The notes: generated by a model from the sequence alone, not told the origin. A stretch of DNA of 64,000 bases from Octopus bimaculoides (GCF_001194135.2 NC_068984.1:44217517-44281516), one strand, 5' to 3'; numbered from the stretch's first letter, positions 49,214 through 63,799 are shown. Program-made: numbers and translations.

Positions 49214-50769
49214 GTGTGAGACAGAGTGAATATGAAATACCGAAGGGAACTGAGACAACTATCAGATTTCTGGTTTGAAGTTAAGCACTAGATTATATTT
49301 TCAACCTTGTACTTGAGATGAATTCAGCAATACATGTTAACAAAGCTCTCATCAATGATATCACTGCTGATATCATTCTTATCGCAGTTCTTGTAATCTC
49401 TAATTCAGCGTTGACAACAAGACGTATTATCAAAGACGTTCCCTGTATGACAATCCTGTATCTGTACATCTACTTCATTGCTAAATAAATCGTTTTCAAG
49501 ATAATAGATTGAAATTGATGGTGATTTGATTCCTGTTTCTAGCATATCTAGTTACTAGCAACGATTTTTAGGACGGCATATTGGCAGAATCATTAGAACG
49601 TTGGACAAAATGCTCTATAGTATTCGTTCCGGCTCCTTAGCAATAACGACATCTGATGCCTTGTAGGACTTCTTTTAAGATGCTGTGCTCCTTACGTTAA
49701 GACTATGTTTTGAGATGAAATACAACGAATATATTGAAATTCTGAGATGAAAAGTGACGTAACGAAAATGTAAATATACACTATACCTTGAAAATTCATT
49801 ACTGTTTCGTTAGCGGGTATAGGCTGAAGAAAAAACTCCTCTGAGCACCAAGCTTTTTAGAGGCAATCTTTATGCAAAAAATCTATACTACACAGACAAT
49901 CTGTAGTACTCCTATAAGGACACGGTAGGTTAATTAGACTTGCTGGAAAATGCATCCTACTCCCCCATTCTTTCTGTGTAAATAAAAGGATAACATTAAA
50001 TATTTATGCCTAATATTTATGCCTTTTGATTTTTGCTTCTAAGATTTATTCTTAGATTTAAGAATGAAAATCCTATTATATAAACTTTTTACAGGTTTTA
50101 ATCAATGGATTGCAGTTATGGTGTGATACCGTCTTCAAGGGTTTTAGGTGATTATATCGATCCGAACACATTTTAGTCTGCTACATATTTTATCGATTCC
50201 TGCTTACCGATTAGTTATCATATAATTTTATGTCAAAGGACACGGCAGTTTTTGTAAGTGCACATAAAAACACGCTCTCGCACGCAGGTTTGGTAGAACA
50301 AACATAATAAAAGGAGTTCATTTCTTCATAAGTGCCATTCATGTAACTCTCGACACTTGAGAAATGTTAAAAATCATATGTATGCATATGCAAGCGATGT
50401 AAATTTTGAGAACCTTTTGAGTATGGGACATTTGTAAATTCTGTGAATGTGTAGATATAATTAATTGATTATTTCTAAAATAAATGGAAGTTCATACATT
50501 TTGGGAACGAGAAGTCAATCACATTGACTGGTATTTAATTTGTTGATTATAGCATGATAAAAACAGACTCCAGCAGGATTTGAACTAAAAAACTGGAGAT
50601 ATAAATTAATTTCACAAATGTTTTAGCTCTACATTTTAACGATGCTGTCATCTATTGTAAAAATAACCAATAAAAAATATAGAATACAAATAAATAAATA
50701 TAAGATATTTACAGCCTTTTGAACGAGATACAACAGTTATCTCCTTGGAACTGAACCTAGTTGCTCTAA

Positions 50770-50882
50770 GCTATAATTCAAGATATGCACATTACCTCTG
50801 AAGGCAACAGTAGAAGTGGGATCACGGATAGAGTGCTTTTGATTTTAGGCTTGCTCGATCATGGTTGACCTGGGGACATAAA
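50770..50882 (+). mobile_element. SINE family E tail, degenerate
   Basis: GGCTTGCTCGATCATGGTTGACCTGGGG. Confidence 0.4.
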
Positions 50883-51684
50883 AGTCTTAATGTATTGCGC
50901 AACTTTATGTATCAGACTTTATGTATTAAATTCTCTAGTATCAATCCTCTGTTTTCTGAGTTCTAATCTAACCGGACAAGTTTCTCTTTCATCCCGCTGA
51001 GGTCAATAAAATAATATCAGAAAATCAATATGGCGATACAGCTTAATCAGCCGTAATGCACTCACTATAAAAATGTGTGTTTAATGCAAAGAAATTATTA
51101 TTCTATAAATATAAATTATACAATTTCGCCATTTTATAAGCATCTGTATAGAATTCAAAGAATATTTTCAGAATATTTATAATTCTGTGTTTTAATACAG
51201 CTGACTTATAAAATATTACTCAATATATCCAAGTAATTTATATTCAAACCTAACTCGGTTTTAAGTTGTATCTGGCTCTCATACATTACCGGACATTTTT
51301 CTCTCATCTTTCACTGAATAACAACAAATAACTATCAATATGCTAACAACATATACAACTAGTTAATATATTTACATTTGTTACATAAACAAAAGAGAGA
51401 CAATGTTTTCCGTACAAATAGCTATCAATACAAATGTCCTTGTGTCTTTGAAGTTTAAGCCATACATTACATCTTTTTATTTTTCAATTACACACACGCA
51501 TACGCACACACACACATGCACATACACACCCACATATGAAATGGTTTTAGTGCTGCTTGTAGTCGAACTACAAAGAGAACTAGACGCAAATTTAGCAAAG
51601 CATTTAATATATTTTTGTGAATTGCTGACTGCAACGGGTGTACTATACTCGCTTGGCTTCTTTCGATAATTTTCTGTAGAGGTA

Positions 51685-51830
<146 letters not shown>

Positions 51831-52379
51831 GAGAGAAAATGGGAGAAAGAATAATGGAGAACGGTATGTAGATATCTTGTAAACAATTTCCCTTACTTAT
51901 GTTAAATATACATTCAACTACAATGTTTGATTAGAGATTGTGTTTTAATCATTTATCTCTCTCTCACTATCGAACGAAATCGAGTACAACTCGACTAGTT
52001 TCGACAGTTTATTGTTATCTTATCGGGCGTCTTTCTCTTTCGTCCATGTACAGACTGACTAAGCGGTTTACAGGATATTTAAGAAGGCAGAAATCAAGAA
52101 GTGGCACTGGTATTATGCATTTCTGTATCAGTATAATCACCTGCAAAGTGTATTTATAGCTAAAGTAAGTTATCGAGAGAGATAAATTGTGAATGAGATC
52201 ACATATGTATGCTTCGTAAACATACATTCAAGCAATGAGGGTAAATATATGCTGTATAATATCTACAATACATATGTGTATGTGTGCGTGTGTGTGTGTT
52301 TAAAATTTCAGCGTGATCGGATGAACAATACTCGAGTTATAACCGCTCAAAGAGACAGACAGAACGAATTATATATATA

Positions 52380-52445
52380 ACTGGCACTCCGTCAGTTACG
52401 ACAGCGAGAGTTCTAGTTGATCCGATCAATGGAAGAGTCTGCTGT
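52380..52445 (-). mobile_element. SINE family C, 3' end
   Basis: CTGGCACTCCGTCAGTTACGACAGCGAGAGTTCTAGTTGATCCGATCAATGGAA. Confidence 0.55.
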
Positions 52446-52473
52446 ATGTATGTTTATACGTTTTTATATATAA

Positions 52474-52526
<53 letters not shown>

Positions 52527-52529
52527 TGT

Positions 52530-52565
<36 letters not shown>

Positions 52566-52581
52566 GTGTGTGTGTGTGTTT

Positions 52582-52626
<45 letters not shown>

Positions 52627-54025
52627 ATTGGAGTGGGGATAATTATTATCCAAACAATCACGTTATCAACACTTACCGAGCACACCTCGCTAGTGTAGCA
52701 TTCCAATACCCAAGCAAGATCACTTGTACTTCAGAAAATTAGTCAAAAGAAGCACTTCGTGAATCAAAGTTATGATCCAGTGGACATGTTATAAACCTCA
52801 CAGAGTGAATCATTTAATTGAAGAAAAGTGAAGTCAACATGATTTTACGATCGTTTCTAATGATGAATTTTGTTTATTCAACGCCACATATAAAGTTATG
52901 CAATACATGTAATATTTGCGACATATGTAATAACATTACTGTTCATTCACTTCCTCAGACATCCAAATCTGAAACAGAATCAATTTATGAAATGAATTTG
53001 CGATGCAGGATAATTCTATATTACTTTATGGACGTGCCAAATGCATGCAAATAGATGAAATACATACAATCTTCCATCCACAGACTAACTACAATATCAT
53101 ATGCCACATAAGATTTAAGTTCATTGATGAAAATAAAACTAAAATCAGTTAAATAAATCTTATAGCTCGAAAAATATACCACTCGGCGCCATTCACTTGT
53201 TTTTATGACATGCCTTGTGACTTTGGACACCACAGAAAGATAGAATGGACTAAGCAGAACAGGAGGGACACGTTGGATAGAGAGTCGCTGAAGAGGTCAC
53301 AGAACGTGTGACGAAAAACTTAAGACAAAGGGCACTAAAATTAAAATAACGATAAAGGTGAAATGAAGACCAAGAGTATAGTGTGTGTGGTTAATTGGTT
53401 CCAAAACATATGATCATTCCTAAATATAACAAAATGTGTTTCAACACATGATTTCACATCAGGAATCTTGCAAAACAAATACATAAATGTACGAGCACAC
53501 ACACACACACACACATACACACACGCGCGTATATATTCATGTAAAACTTCTCTAGTTAAAATATGCACTAAAATTTATTCAGTAAAACTTTTTATATGAA
53601 AACTTTTCTGTAAAATGTAGTTTTCTTTGTGTATGGGTGTATGTTTGTGTGTAAAACTCACTTTCTGAAGACTACACTACTTTTACAGTAAATCTTTCAT
53701 AGAAAAACGATTTTTTTTTTTGCCAAAACAAATTTTGTATCCTAGTTTTCATATATAGAGAGATGTATGATAGAAATATTTATAACTAATATGTTAAAAA
53801 ATGAAATTTTATTCAAATATACACGTATACGTATTTTCCTGTTTTATATATATATATATATTGTATGTGTGTGCGAGTTTAATTATATCTTTAAGACAAA
53901 ACAATGCAATTTATGAAAATAGAACAGGCTGAGAGTTTTACCTGGTATTTCATTATTTCAGGGTAGGACTACCTCAGAAAATCTGCAGAGAAAAGTTGTT
54001 ATTCGCTGATTTCTCTGTGCTGTAG

Positions 54026-54100
54026 TGTGTATGAATTTTGATATGCATCGCTATAGTAACCAATCGGCTTCCTGCGACACTGATCTCTTATTAATATATG
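54026..54100 (+). CDS. Candidate symmetric (phase 1-1) coding exon
   Basis: Acceptor GATTTCTCTGTGCTGTAG| and consensus donor ATG|GTGAGT. Reads xCMNFDMHRYSNQSASCDTDLLLIY. Confidence 0.25.
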
Positions 54101-54381
54101 GTGAGTATTTCTTAATTAAAAAAAGCTTCTTTTCTTCCCAAGTTCCCAATGCTTCTTTCTGTAACATCAATGAAAACCTGGACGTCTTGGATGTAGCATT
54201 TCTATAGATGTTTTTTGACGGAAGAAGCATCAGCCTAGGAGATCTTTTTCATCCTTAGGTGTAATTTTCTGGTTGTACTTTCGATGTAGAATTTGTTCCA
54301 TTCGCTTCAAGGGATTGTATACACCACGCAAGACCGCAGATATATATTTTCATTTTTGATTGGGAAATTTGGCAGTGTCCA

Positions 54382-54975
54382 TACAGGGTGTTCGAGCTAA
54401 ATTTAATGATTCTTGTGTCTTCTTTTTTCAGGAACAGCCTGATGCATGGCTGTGAGGCGTGACATGCACAACTGCAGCGAAAAGTACGAAGCCGTGGCCA
54501 GCAGGAAGAGATACAGCAGGCGTTGTGAATGCAAGCTGGAATTCATCCCCATATCCACGTCCGCAAGCAGGAATTGATCCCCATATTCTTGAACAGGGTC
54601 CGACTCTCAATTCAGACAGCTATGTGAAGCTGCTGAAGACTGTAGTCAATCCCTGGATAAAAAGGTTGCTACTGGAATGCCATATGTGTGGCAACAGGAT
54701 TCGGTTCCTTGCCATACCTTCGGAAAAGTTAGAAATTGTTGTCGGAGAATTTCTATAACTTCACCAGCCCCTGTTTTTGGCCTTCTAATTCCCCCGATTA
54801 TAAGCCCATGGATTACTGTGTGGGGTGCGGCTGAAAAGACAATCAGATCAGGTGACCAAGATAAAGGAGCTGTTCGAAGACCTTCTGAAATACACTGTGA
54901 GGAACGCATGCACCAGGTTCTGGAGTCGTCATGAGGCCGTGGTGGAAGCCGAGGGCGGTTACTTAGAGTAAACTG
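54382..54975 (+). mobile_element. Tc1/mariner D37D (maT-like) transposase relic
   Basis: Starts TACAGGGTG. Encodes LNSDSYVKLLKTVVNPWI, YVWQQDSVPCHT and FWPSNSPDYKPMDYCVWG, ending AVVEAEGGYLE*. D-to-D spacing is 37 residues after repairing one 1-nt frameshift. Confidence 0.85.
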
Positions 54976-55029
54976 TTATCTCCAAGTTAATATCCTTGTT
55001 CATATTTTTTAAAATTTTATTTAAATATT

Positions 55030-55410
55030 ATTTTTGAATGGGATATTGTGTTTTCCTTTCCTTTTATGCAAAGTGTCAAATTTAACCCGAGCAAACTGTA
55101 TGACGTTGTTTTGTCTTGGCTTATTTTCAGGTAGGGGTCTCTTCAGAGAAGATTCGGATTCCAATCGTATATTTAAACCATCCAGACGGATCACACGGCT
55201 GATAGCAGCAATTGTTTTTTCATTAAAGTGTGGCGTTTTCAAAAACTTTACATTATCCTTGGATATGTGGATTTTGTTTAGTAGTCTGGTGATGCCTTGG
55301 CGTTTAGTAAAAGATTATGGATTGCCATTCTCCATCAGGACCCTTCTGAATTGTGTGGTATTGGTATTTTTGCTTCTTGCCTCGCTGCATTTACCGCACA
55401 TCCTATGATT
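55030..55410 (-). mobile_element. Penelope-like element RT-thumb/linker fragment
   Basis: FRRVLMENGNP*SF...FLKTPHFNEKTIAAISRVIRLDGLNIRL resembles the NGYP and LKIPY motifs that precede the GIY-YIG domain in PLEs. Confidence 0.5.
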
Positions 55411-55429
55411 ATATATAAATGTGTGTGCC

Positions 55430-55570
55430 CAGTGTTCAATCGGTACTTTTTATCGATTCCGAAAGGGTGAAAAGCAAAGTCGAATTTGAAATCGAAACAT
55501 AAAGCCAGTTAAAATACTGCAAAGCATTTTGTCCTACGTGTTTACGATTTTGCCAGCTCGCCGCCTTCAA
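55430..55570 (-). mobile_element. SINE family B
   Basis: TTTATCGATTCCGAAAGGGTGAAAAGCAAAGTCG...TTTTGCCAGCTCGCCGCCTT. Confidence 0.75.
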
Positions 55571-55747
55571 GGAGTTAATAATTAAAGCTAAATTAACTAT
55601 AGCATTTCTCTCGGAATTTTATTCCGATGTAGACAAAAATAATTTCTGTCTTTCTAAATTTTATTTGAAGTCTCCCAACTTATCATTTCTATCATGTGAT
55701 TTCTCGGTTTAAGAAAGTACATCTTCAATTTCTCACTAATGTTCAAA

Positions 55748-55835
55748 TATATAAGGAGATAAGTATAGTGGTGAAAGTATATAAGGAGATAAGTATAGGG
55801 GTGAAAGTATATAAGGAGATAAGTATAGGGGCGAA
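55748..55835. repeat. 30-bp tandem repeat x2.9
   Basis: Unit TATATAAGGAGATAAGTATAGGGGTGAAAG. Confidence 0.95.
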
Positions 55836-57627
55836 CTGGCTATGTAAATAAGGTTCTGAAAATTCAGACCAAGTCGTATGTTTACATCTTCAGGTGATAT
55901 GTATATAATGTCGAATATATGATCTGCCACCACCTCTTCTCATCTGATTTACACAGGCAATACTCTATACGTAGCAGGCCTTTATCTGGGAAGTAACAAG
56001 GCTTTATCAGTTAAAGGCTTGTTAGGTTTGCTATTTTCGCCAAGCGCTTTCCCTATCTACTATCTCTATGACTCCTCCGTCATCAGCATTTACTTCGAGT
56101 TAACATTGATCCAATACACTCCTATTCGACATTACAAAATCCTTCATTCACGTATCTCGTTTAAATCTATTAATCTGATCACAGTTAGCTACCGAGTTAT
56201 AAAACCAGTAAGATTTTCAACATAACCTCTAACGTAGATCTGCTAATATATTAAGTATTAATAAAATAGAATCAAAACCCCTTCATACATTATTTTACGT
56301 GGCAGGCTTCCACCTTAAGAGAATATTCTTTCTGCTCACATTAAGACTCAACATCTTCAGAGATATTTGTTCGCCAGATACTAACTCTTCCGCTAGTTGT
56401 GTGATATCTGTTGTCTAGCTAATACTTTGACTCTGTCTCTACCTATCTGATTATCTCTTTCTTCTTCACACTTTTTCTCTATTCTACTTTTACTATAAGG
56501 ACTATGATTCTGAAAACATTCTAGTACTACTCTGCTTTCACTTGAACATATTCACTGGATTCAAAAATCTTTTACACCTCGATGAAATCCACAAGACGTA
56601 GAATTAAGTATTTTATTCCTAAAATAAAATTAAAGTGGAAATTCTTCTTTTCCTGATTTTTCAGGATACAGCAACTCCTTTAATAGTCCTTATTTCATCC
56701 AAGATGAAAACTCTCCCTCAGTTCTCTTCCATGTTAACCCAACTGGTATCACACTATACTTACTTCCCAAACTCGACTTGCTTGTTTTGAAGTCAGTTAT
56801 TCACAATACATCGTAATATCTGTCTTAGTGTTTCATCACTTACAACGGCAACTTATGCAGCTATCCACTGTTATCTTCCATCTGACTTGCTGCCTATTGT
56901 GAATAATAAAATGTATTCTCCTCCTCCTCCGCTTCCTCCTCAGTTTTTCAGGTTAAGTAGGTGGTAGGTAAAACAGTGAGGTTAGTGAGTGTCTTATAAA
57001 TTAGGTTATAAAGAGTCCTGCCCTGAAGGTATTGATCGCTCACTCCCCCAGAATATGTCCAATCGATTATACGCACTGCATCTTATGAAATGTGCCTTAC
57101 ATTGCAGAAGAAACTTTATTTCGCTGTACCTCCTACTCGATAAAAGTTGCGTTGTGCCTATTCAAATATACCATTGTATTTGTACCGTTTTGATTTACAA
57201 TTCACCGGTCTATGCTAATGGGTGGACATTTTGGGAAAACTACGTTTCATTGTCAAAGTATGAAGATATTAAAGCTAGACATTGTTCAATAAAGAGAAAG
57301 TGAATAAATTGGAAATAACGAAATATTAGAAGAGAATACCATTGAGATTTAATTACATCCATTTCTCCTTTGACCCAATCTAATATATTCTGTTGTTTAA
57401 ATTGTGACTCTTGTGTAAATGGACTGGCTGTAAATTGAAAACTCATCACACGGAAGCAATGGCGACAACAGACTGCATTGCGAGAAATCTTGCGATGATA
57501 CACGACACCGCTTTACTTGCTACGCTAACGCCAGTTAGTAGTACGAAGCCTCAACCCACCCCCACTCCATATGTACACTTTGTGTATATCCCCTAGGGAT
57601 AGTTCATATACTTTCACGCAAGTCGTT

Positions 57628-57672
<45 letters not shown>

Positions 57673-60215
57673 ATTTAACGATTTTTTTCATATGTTCTGA
57701 AATCATTTACAAGTAATAAAACAACTTGTAGAGTAGCACAGTTGTAAGCTACCGATGAATCGAGTCTAACGAGTCAGCTTCGATTCCTAGCTGTAGCCAT
57801 TTCGAACGTCACAAAATCTCACTTATTGTATATTCCCCTGTAAATCTGAAGTATTGTGCCTACATAATAAATTAACTATCCATGTAATTTTCTATCGTTC
57901 TTGATACAGTTCACGTTTAATCGACAATGTATTATTAGTCAATATAATGAAGAATGATGTATCCAGTGTCCTCGTTATATTGATAATATCACTGAAAGGA
58001 TTTCATAATTTAGAGTTATGGGAGAAAAGAAACAAGATTCATATATTTTCCAACGTGATTAATGCTGTAGATGAAAGCATTTTATGCAACAATCACAATC
58101 ACATATTACCTCCTCTGTTTTCATATAACGGCTCAGTTAAGCAATGAAATTAGTATTTCCTATGACGGACATATTCAGCTCCTGCATTATATATTATTGA
58201 TATTGTCACGTTGTTGAAAACTAGATCTTTGAATTCACTTTATTTTGCCTTAGTCACAAAAAGGAAGGCGGCATCTATGCCCTTTATAAGGGCCTCTGCG
58301 ACAGAGGAGAGAAAGTTGACTTGGTGTGAATGCTTGGACCCAGTTGATACGGTCATGTGGTAACTCTAATCCCCCTTCAAGCTCCATTATTTATAACTGG
58401 GGTGTTTTGCCAGATTATAGACTTGCAAGTGGCAGATGTCAACCATTTAAATTAATCAATCTTAGTCATGTTATGAAGTTATTCTTTGTATTCTTTAACT
58501 GATGACTACGCGTGAATTAAGTCTTTTTAAATACAATCAATCGATTCAACTAAAGTACTCAACAGCTATTTATTTTATCGGCTCTGATTGATTAAAAACT
58601 ACTGTGATCGGATTTAGAAGTGTGTAGTAGTAAACAAGATATCAAGACATTGAATCCGCCTCTCTACTGCTTATGTCTAGCATCTCAATATAATGACAGC
58701 ATTCAGACTTTTTTTTTTAAACAATTCTGTTTTCATGTATTGATTTCTTTTGTTTAACGAAAGACTAAAATCCTTTTTACTTTTATATACGACAGAGAGC
58801 GTTTAGTCGATTGGTTCAAACTCATTACATACAAATTACTTATTTTCGCTGCAAATTCACAACAGGAGGAGTCGATAGGATGCTGAACAAAGGTGTGATG
58901 TCTTTAAACCATTAGGCAAGTGAACAGGTAACCAAAGAGTGGTTGGTTTGTGCTCAGGCAAGAGGTTATGGCTAAGACACGACGCTCACTCTGTCACAGT
59001 CAACTCAATGGAAAATAAGTAATATGTTTATGTATAACTCGCTGATGTACAGTTACAACAGTAATGTGTATTCAACAAGGTCTTTATATGTTTCAAACTT
59101 ATATATCGTGACAGAACCGATTTCAGCGAGTGAAGTGATCTTGATCTTCATGGATACAGACACCCATGAACTCGAACGTAAGTATACTGCATCTCGAAGA
59201 TATATATTACCCAAGCATATCTCTAAAACGGTTCTTATCTAGTGAAAATAATTCAGGTCAAAGCTTAGGCAAACATACACACACTATCGCATACATTATA
59301 GTTCTATCAGATTCATTTTTATGACCACCATGTCAAAAATTTTATCCTCGTCCGACAAATTTGGGTTCCGAAACGCAAGACAGGCTAAATGTATTTCATA
59401 GAGCCAGTGGCACGGCTCTAACCTAATTGTTCTTGATGTAAAGAAGAGAACAAGATTATGAGAGGTCCATTCCTGATAATGAGATAATAACGGTTATGGT
59501 TTTTAGACCAGTTTGGACAGTCATGAAAGAAGATTGAGACGTATTGTTGGCAAGTGGTTTGAAGCCAACATAACTTCTGAAACCATCGGTAATTTTTCAG
59601 CGATTCCATTATTCACAGTGGCGATGTATTCCACTTTGTTAGCTTATTACAGCTAGATGTAGTTGCAGCTGTAATTAAATAATCATTGCTAGATTGACTG
59701 ATTTAGTAGATAGCTAAGTTTCTTACCCACAAATGCGATGCATAAGGAGTAATACTGTGACTCTGGAGTTGTTTTCTGATGAATTAGTTCAAATTGCAAG
59801 CTGTTTAGCACAAGCAGTTGACTGTGTAATCAAAAGGTACTTGCCTCAAAAGGTACTGAAAAATATCATAGTTTCTTTTAGAGTCAACGAGGAAATCTCT
59901 ACAGGGTTGTTCATCTTACTACAAAATGCAAAACAAACTGCATTCTCAGAAAAGGAAGCAACATTGGGTAATGTAGTCCCTGTAATACAAAACTACAGGC
60001 GTAGGACGGAAACATAGATCATCTTATGTAGGAGTGTCCTAAAACTAAACAATTTATTTCAAATTGGCAAACCCATATTTGGGGTCAGGAACAAATGTGA
60101 ATACATCAATGACGTAAGAGAATTAGAATCCCGTCAGTCTTACATCGCCTGATGTTCGGACGATTATGTTAATTATTTCACTGCGAGTTCAATGCAATTT
60201 TTGCTTCTAAAGTAT

Positions 60216-60252
<37 letters not shown>

Positions 60253-61132
60253 CGGTGGTGNNNNNNNNNNNNNNNNNNNNNNNNNNNNNNNNNNNNNNNN
60301 NNNNNNNNNNNNNNNNNNNNNNNNNNNNNNNNNNNNNNNNNNNNNNNNNNNNNNNNNNNNNNNNNNNNNNNNNNNNNNNNNNNNNNNNNNNNNNNNNNNN
60401 NNNNNNNNNNNNNNNNNNNNNNNNNNNNNNNNNNNNNNNNNNNNNNNNNNNNNNNNNNNNNNNNNNNNNNNNNNNNNNNNNNNNNNNNNNNNNNNNNNNN
60501 NNNNNNNNNNNNNNNNNNNNNNNNNNNNNNNNNNNNNNNNNNNNNNNNNNNNNNNNNNNNNNNNNNNNNNNNNNNNNNNNNNNNNNNNNNNNGGTGGTGG
60601 TGGTGGTGGTGGTGGTGGTGGTGGCGGTTGTGTTGATGCTGGTAAGGATATTATTGGCAGTGTCATAACCTTTGAGATATTGAAACCAGGTCGTGACTGC
60701 GATTCACCAAATTCTTATCGCTGTCTCTACAGTTCACACCTCGCGTATCATTCATATATTTGATTTCCAACTCAGCTCCATTTTGGTGGTTTTCGGTTAA
60801 AATCAATACATTATATTCTATTTCGCACAGCTGTTAGCATATCTTGTTGATTGTTCTGGGAAAATGTATTTCTTAATTACACATGAAACACGTCTTCACA
60901 AATCTCCTTGCACTGTCAAACTTATTCCTACCAAACACTTGATAATACCCATTGCCTACAGCATTTGATATGTTAAACACAATCAAAACTAAAGGGAAAT
61001 AGCACTTCACTACGTCGAAAACTTAGGCGGGTAGATTGTCCGTATGTATGTATGTATGTATGTATGTATGTATGTATGTATGTATGTATGGGTGGGTGGG
61101 TGTGTGTGTGTGTGCGTGTGTGTATTCTTATA

Positions 61133-61429
<297 letters not shown>

Positions 61430-61483
61430 ACACACACACACACGTGTGTGTGTCTGTGTGTAAGAAAAATATTCTAAAGGATT

Positions 61484-61857
61484 TGTTAAATTCAAATTAC
61501 GATAAACGTAAACAAACAAACGAAGTTTACTTTTAGAAGCGTTGAGATGTCTTAGAAAGTTAAAGAAGTGATTTTTTAAGTTCTCAAACGCAGGATAATG
61601 CAAATAATATAGCCTGAACAGGATAAACTATCCCTATTTTGCAGAAATAGCACTATCCTGCGTTTGAGAATTTAAAAAATCACTTCTTTAACTTTCTAAG
61701 ACATCACAACGTTTCTAAAAGCAAACTTCGTTTGTTTGTTTACGTTTATCGTAATTTGAATTTAACATATGATAGCGTCTCATAAAGCGAGATTTCTATA
61801 CATCTTAAATTTGCAGAAAAACTTGTGCTGGGGCAGTTTAGCTTAATCGTCTAAAGG
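61484..61857. repeat. Second locus of the tRNA-core repeat, arranged as a 114-bp-arm palindrome
   Basis: Arms 61484-61597 and 61654-61767 have 4 mismatches and a 56-bp spacer. The sequence continues into a truncated tRNA-like head (GTTTAGCTTAATCG, about 61836-61849). Confidence 0.9.
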
Positions 61858-61934
61858 ATATGTTATTGTATTGCCAATATACAAACGTTTGAATCCGTTA
61901 TAGGACATGCATTTTGCTACAGGCGTTATATTTG

Positions 61935-62125
61935 TTCATCGTCTAACCACTTCTGATCAGGCAAACAGATTATTGATGATATTCCATCCGTGATCATCCC
62001 GTCGTCTCAAATCTGCTACATATCAGGTTATTGCATCCTTCCTGTATTTCTGAAGGATAGCGTGTGATTTGAGAAAGATCAGGTCTATATTTGTATCAGG
62101 CAGTAAGGCGCCGTGGAAACTCACC
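61935..62125 (-). mobile_element. SINE family E, 3' portion
   Basis: CCATCCGTGATCATCCCGTC...GGATAGCGTGTGATTTGAGAAAGATC. Confidence 0.5.
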
Positions 62126-62132
62126 ATTGCGT

Positions 62133-62207
<75 letters not shown>

Positions 62208-62269
62208 GTACGTATGTATTTAGGTGTGTTTCCATACGCATGCGCAGGATGAATGGATAAAAACTTCGC

Positions 62270-62525
62270 TTCACAATGATAAAGTTCTGCGTTCGGTCAT
62301 ACTATGAGACATTTGAGAACATAGATATTTATTAAAGATTCGGCTCCACCCAAGTTTAGCAGCCAGTGGGTAGGACAATACATAGAATTCAAAGAGCCAC
62401 CCTTGTCACATATTCTGTCATACTGGTTTTCTCTAAGCGAATTGCATAAAGGATACCTACGAAAAAGGAATACTCAGCTGCTTACATTGGATAGGTTATT
62501 CCATCATCAAAAACCGACGAAGATC
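62270..62525 (+). mobile_element. SINE family C, degenerate
   Basis: TCAAAGAGCCACCCTTGTCACATATTCTGTCA...AAAACCGACGAAG. Confidence 0.45.
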
Positions 62526-62889
62526 CATTGACATGCATGTTCTGCATTCAAATGGTTTATGTGTCTGTGTGTCACATTCTCACTTACATCATAGTTACTG
62601 GAATTCATACAAAATATAGATACAATTTTATATGGATGCATGAATGCAACATGTCCTATGTTTATATAATCTGCGTGTGAATTTATGGAAATTCTTAATA
62701 TTTCTGTTCATGCTCAAACGTGCATTGGATTACATATGCGCATCTATGCACACACAGATATTCCTTACATATATGAATCTTTATAAGTGTGAGCCATATG
62801 TGTGCGTGTGTATGTGTAGGTGTGTGCTCGTGCATATGTGTTGCATGCGTGCGTGTGCGTGTATGTATATATGTATGTATGTATGTACG

Positions 62890-62985
<96 letters not shown>

Positions 62986-63765
62986 CACATACATACATAC
63001 ATACATATTCATTTACATCTGTATCCAGGTCTAATCGCACACATACAGACATGCACATATATAGACAATAACCTGTCTACCTATCTATATACATAAATAA
63101 CGTGTGTATACATACATATATATAAATGTGTATGCATACATACATACACACATACATACATACACGCATACAAACATACATACATTCATACATACATACA
63201 TACATACATACACATATACATACATACACGCACATATGCATACATACATATATACATACATAAATATCTACGTGCGTGTATGCGTGCTTGCATAATAAAT
63301 CCATGTGCAAGGGAGTAAACAATATGTTTCTAATTGTTTCAGGGTGTTCATTGTATGTATGTATTTGGTTTGTGTGTTCGATGAGTTCTTCCGTTACAGC
63401 AACTAATGCATTTGAAATTCCCTTCTTGCAACTAATGTCAATGAGGCAGAAACGTTGTCATGTTTTTGCTTCAGGAAGTTGAGTTTAGTTTACCTTAAGG
63501 TTTATTAGAACATCCAAGTATGTGAACAATAAATCTATAAATCCGTGTTTTAGGTGTGATTTCAGAGTGTGGTTTATCTGTTACATTCATATCAGGTACA
63601 TCATATAATTTCACTTGAAGTGATGTTGTTCTGTATAAGGTATTTGGGTGGGGGTAAAATCAAAACGGTCATTGCAAATGGAAAGCTTCGAATGCAAAGT
63701 TTTTCAAATAGGCGTCACCTCCTATTGCTTGTTTCAGAATTCCTCTTTCGATCTTTCTTATACAT

Positions 63766-63799
<34 letters not shown>

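Noticed and set aside
59507-60017. 82-nt exon candidate (TSLDSHERRLRRIVGKWFE) and the 94-aa ORF at 59733
   Set aside because: Only a GxW motif hints at a lipocalin; splice signals are mediocre and no family is recognised.
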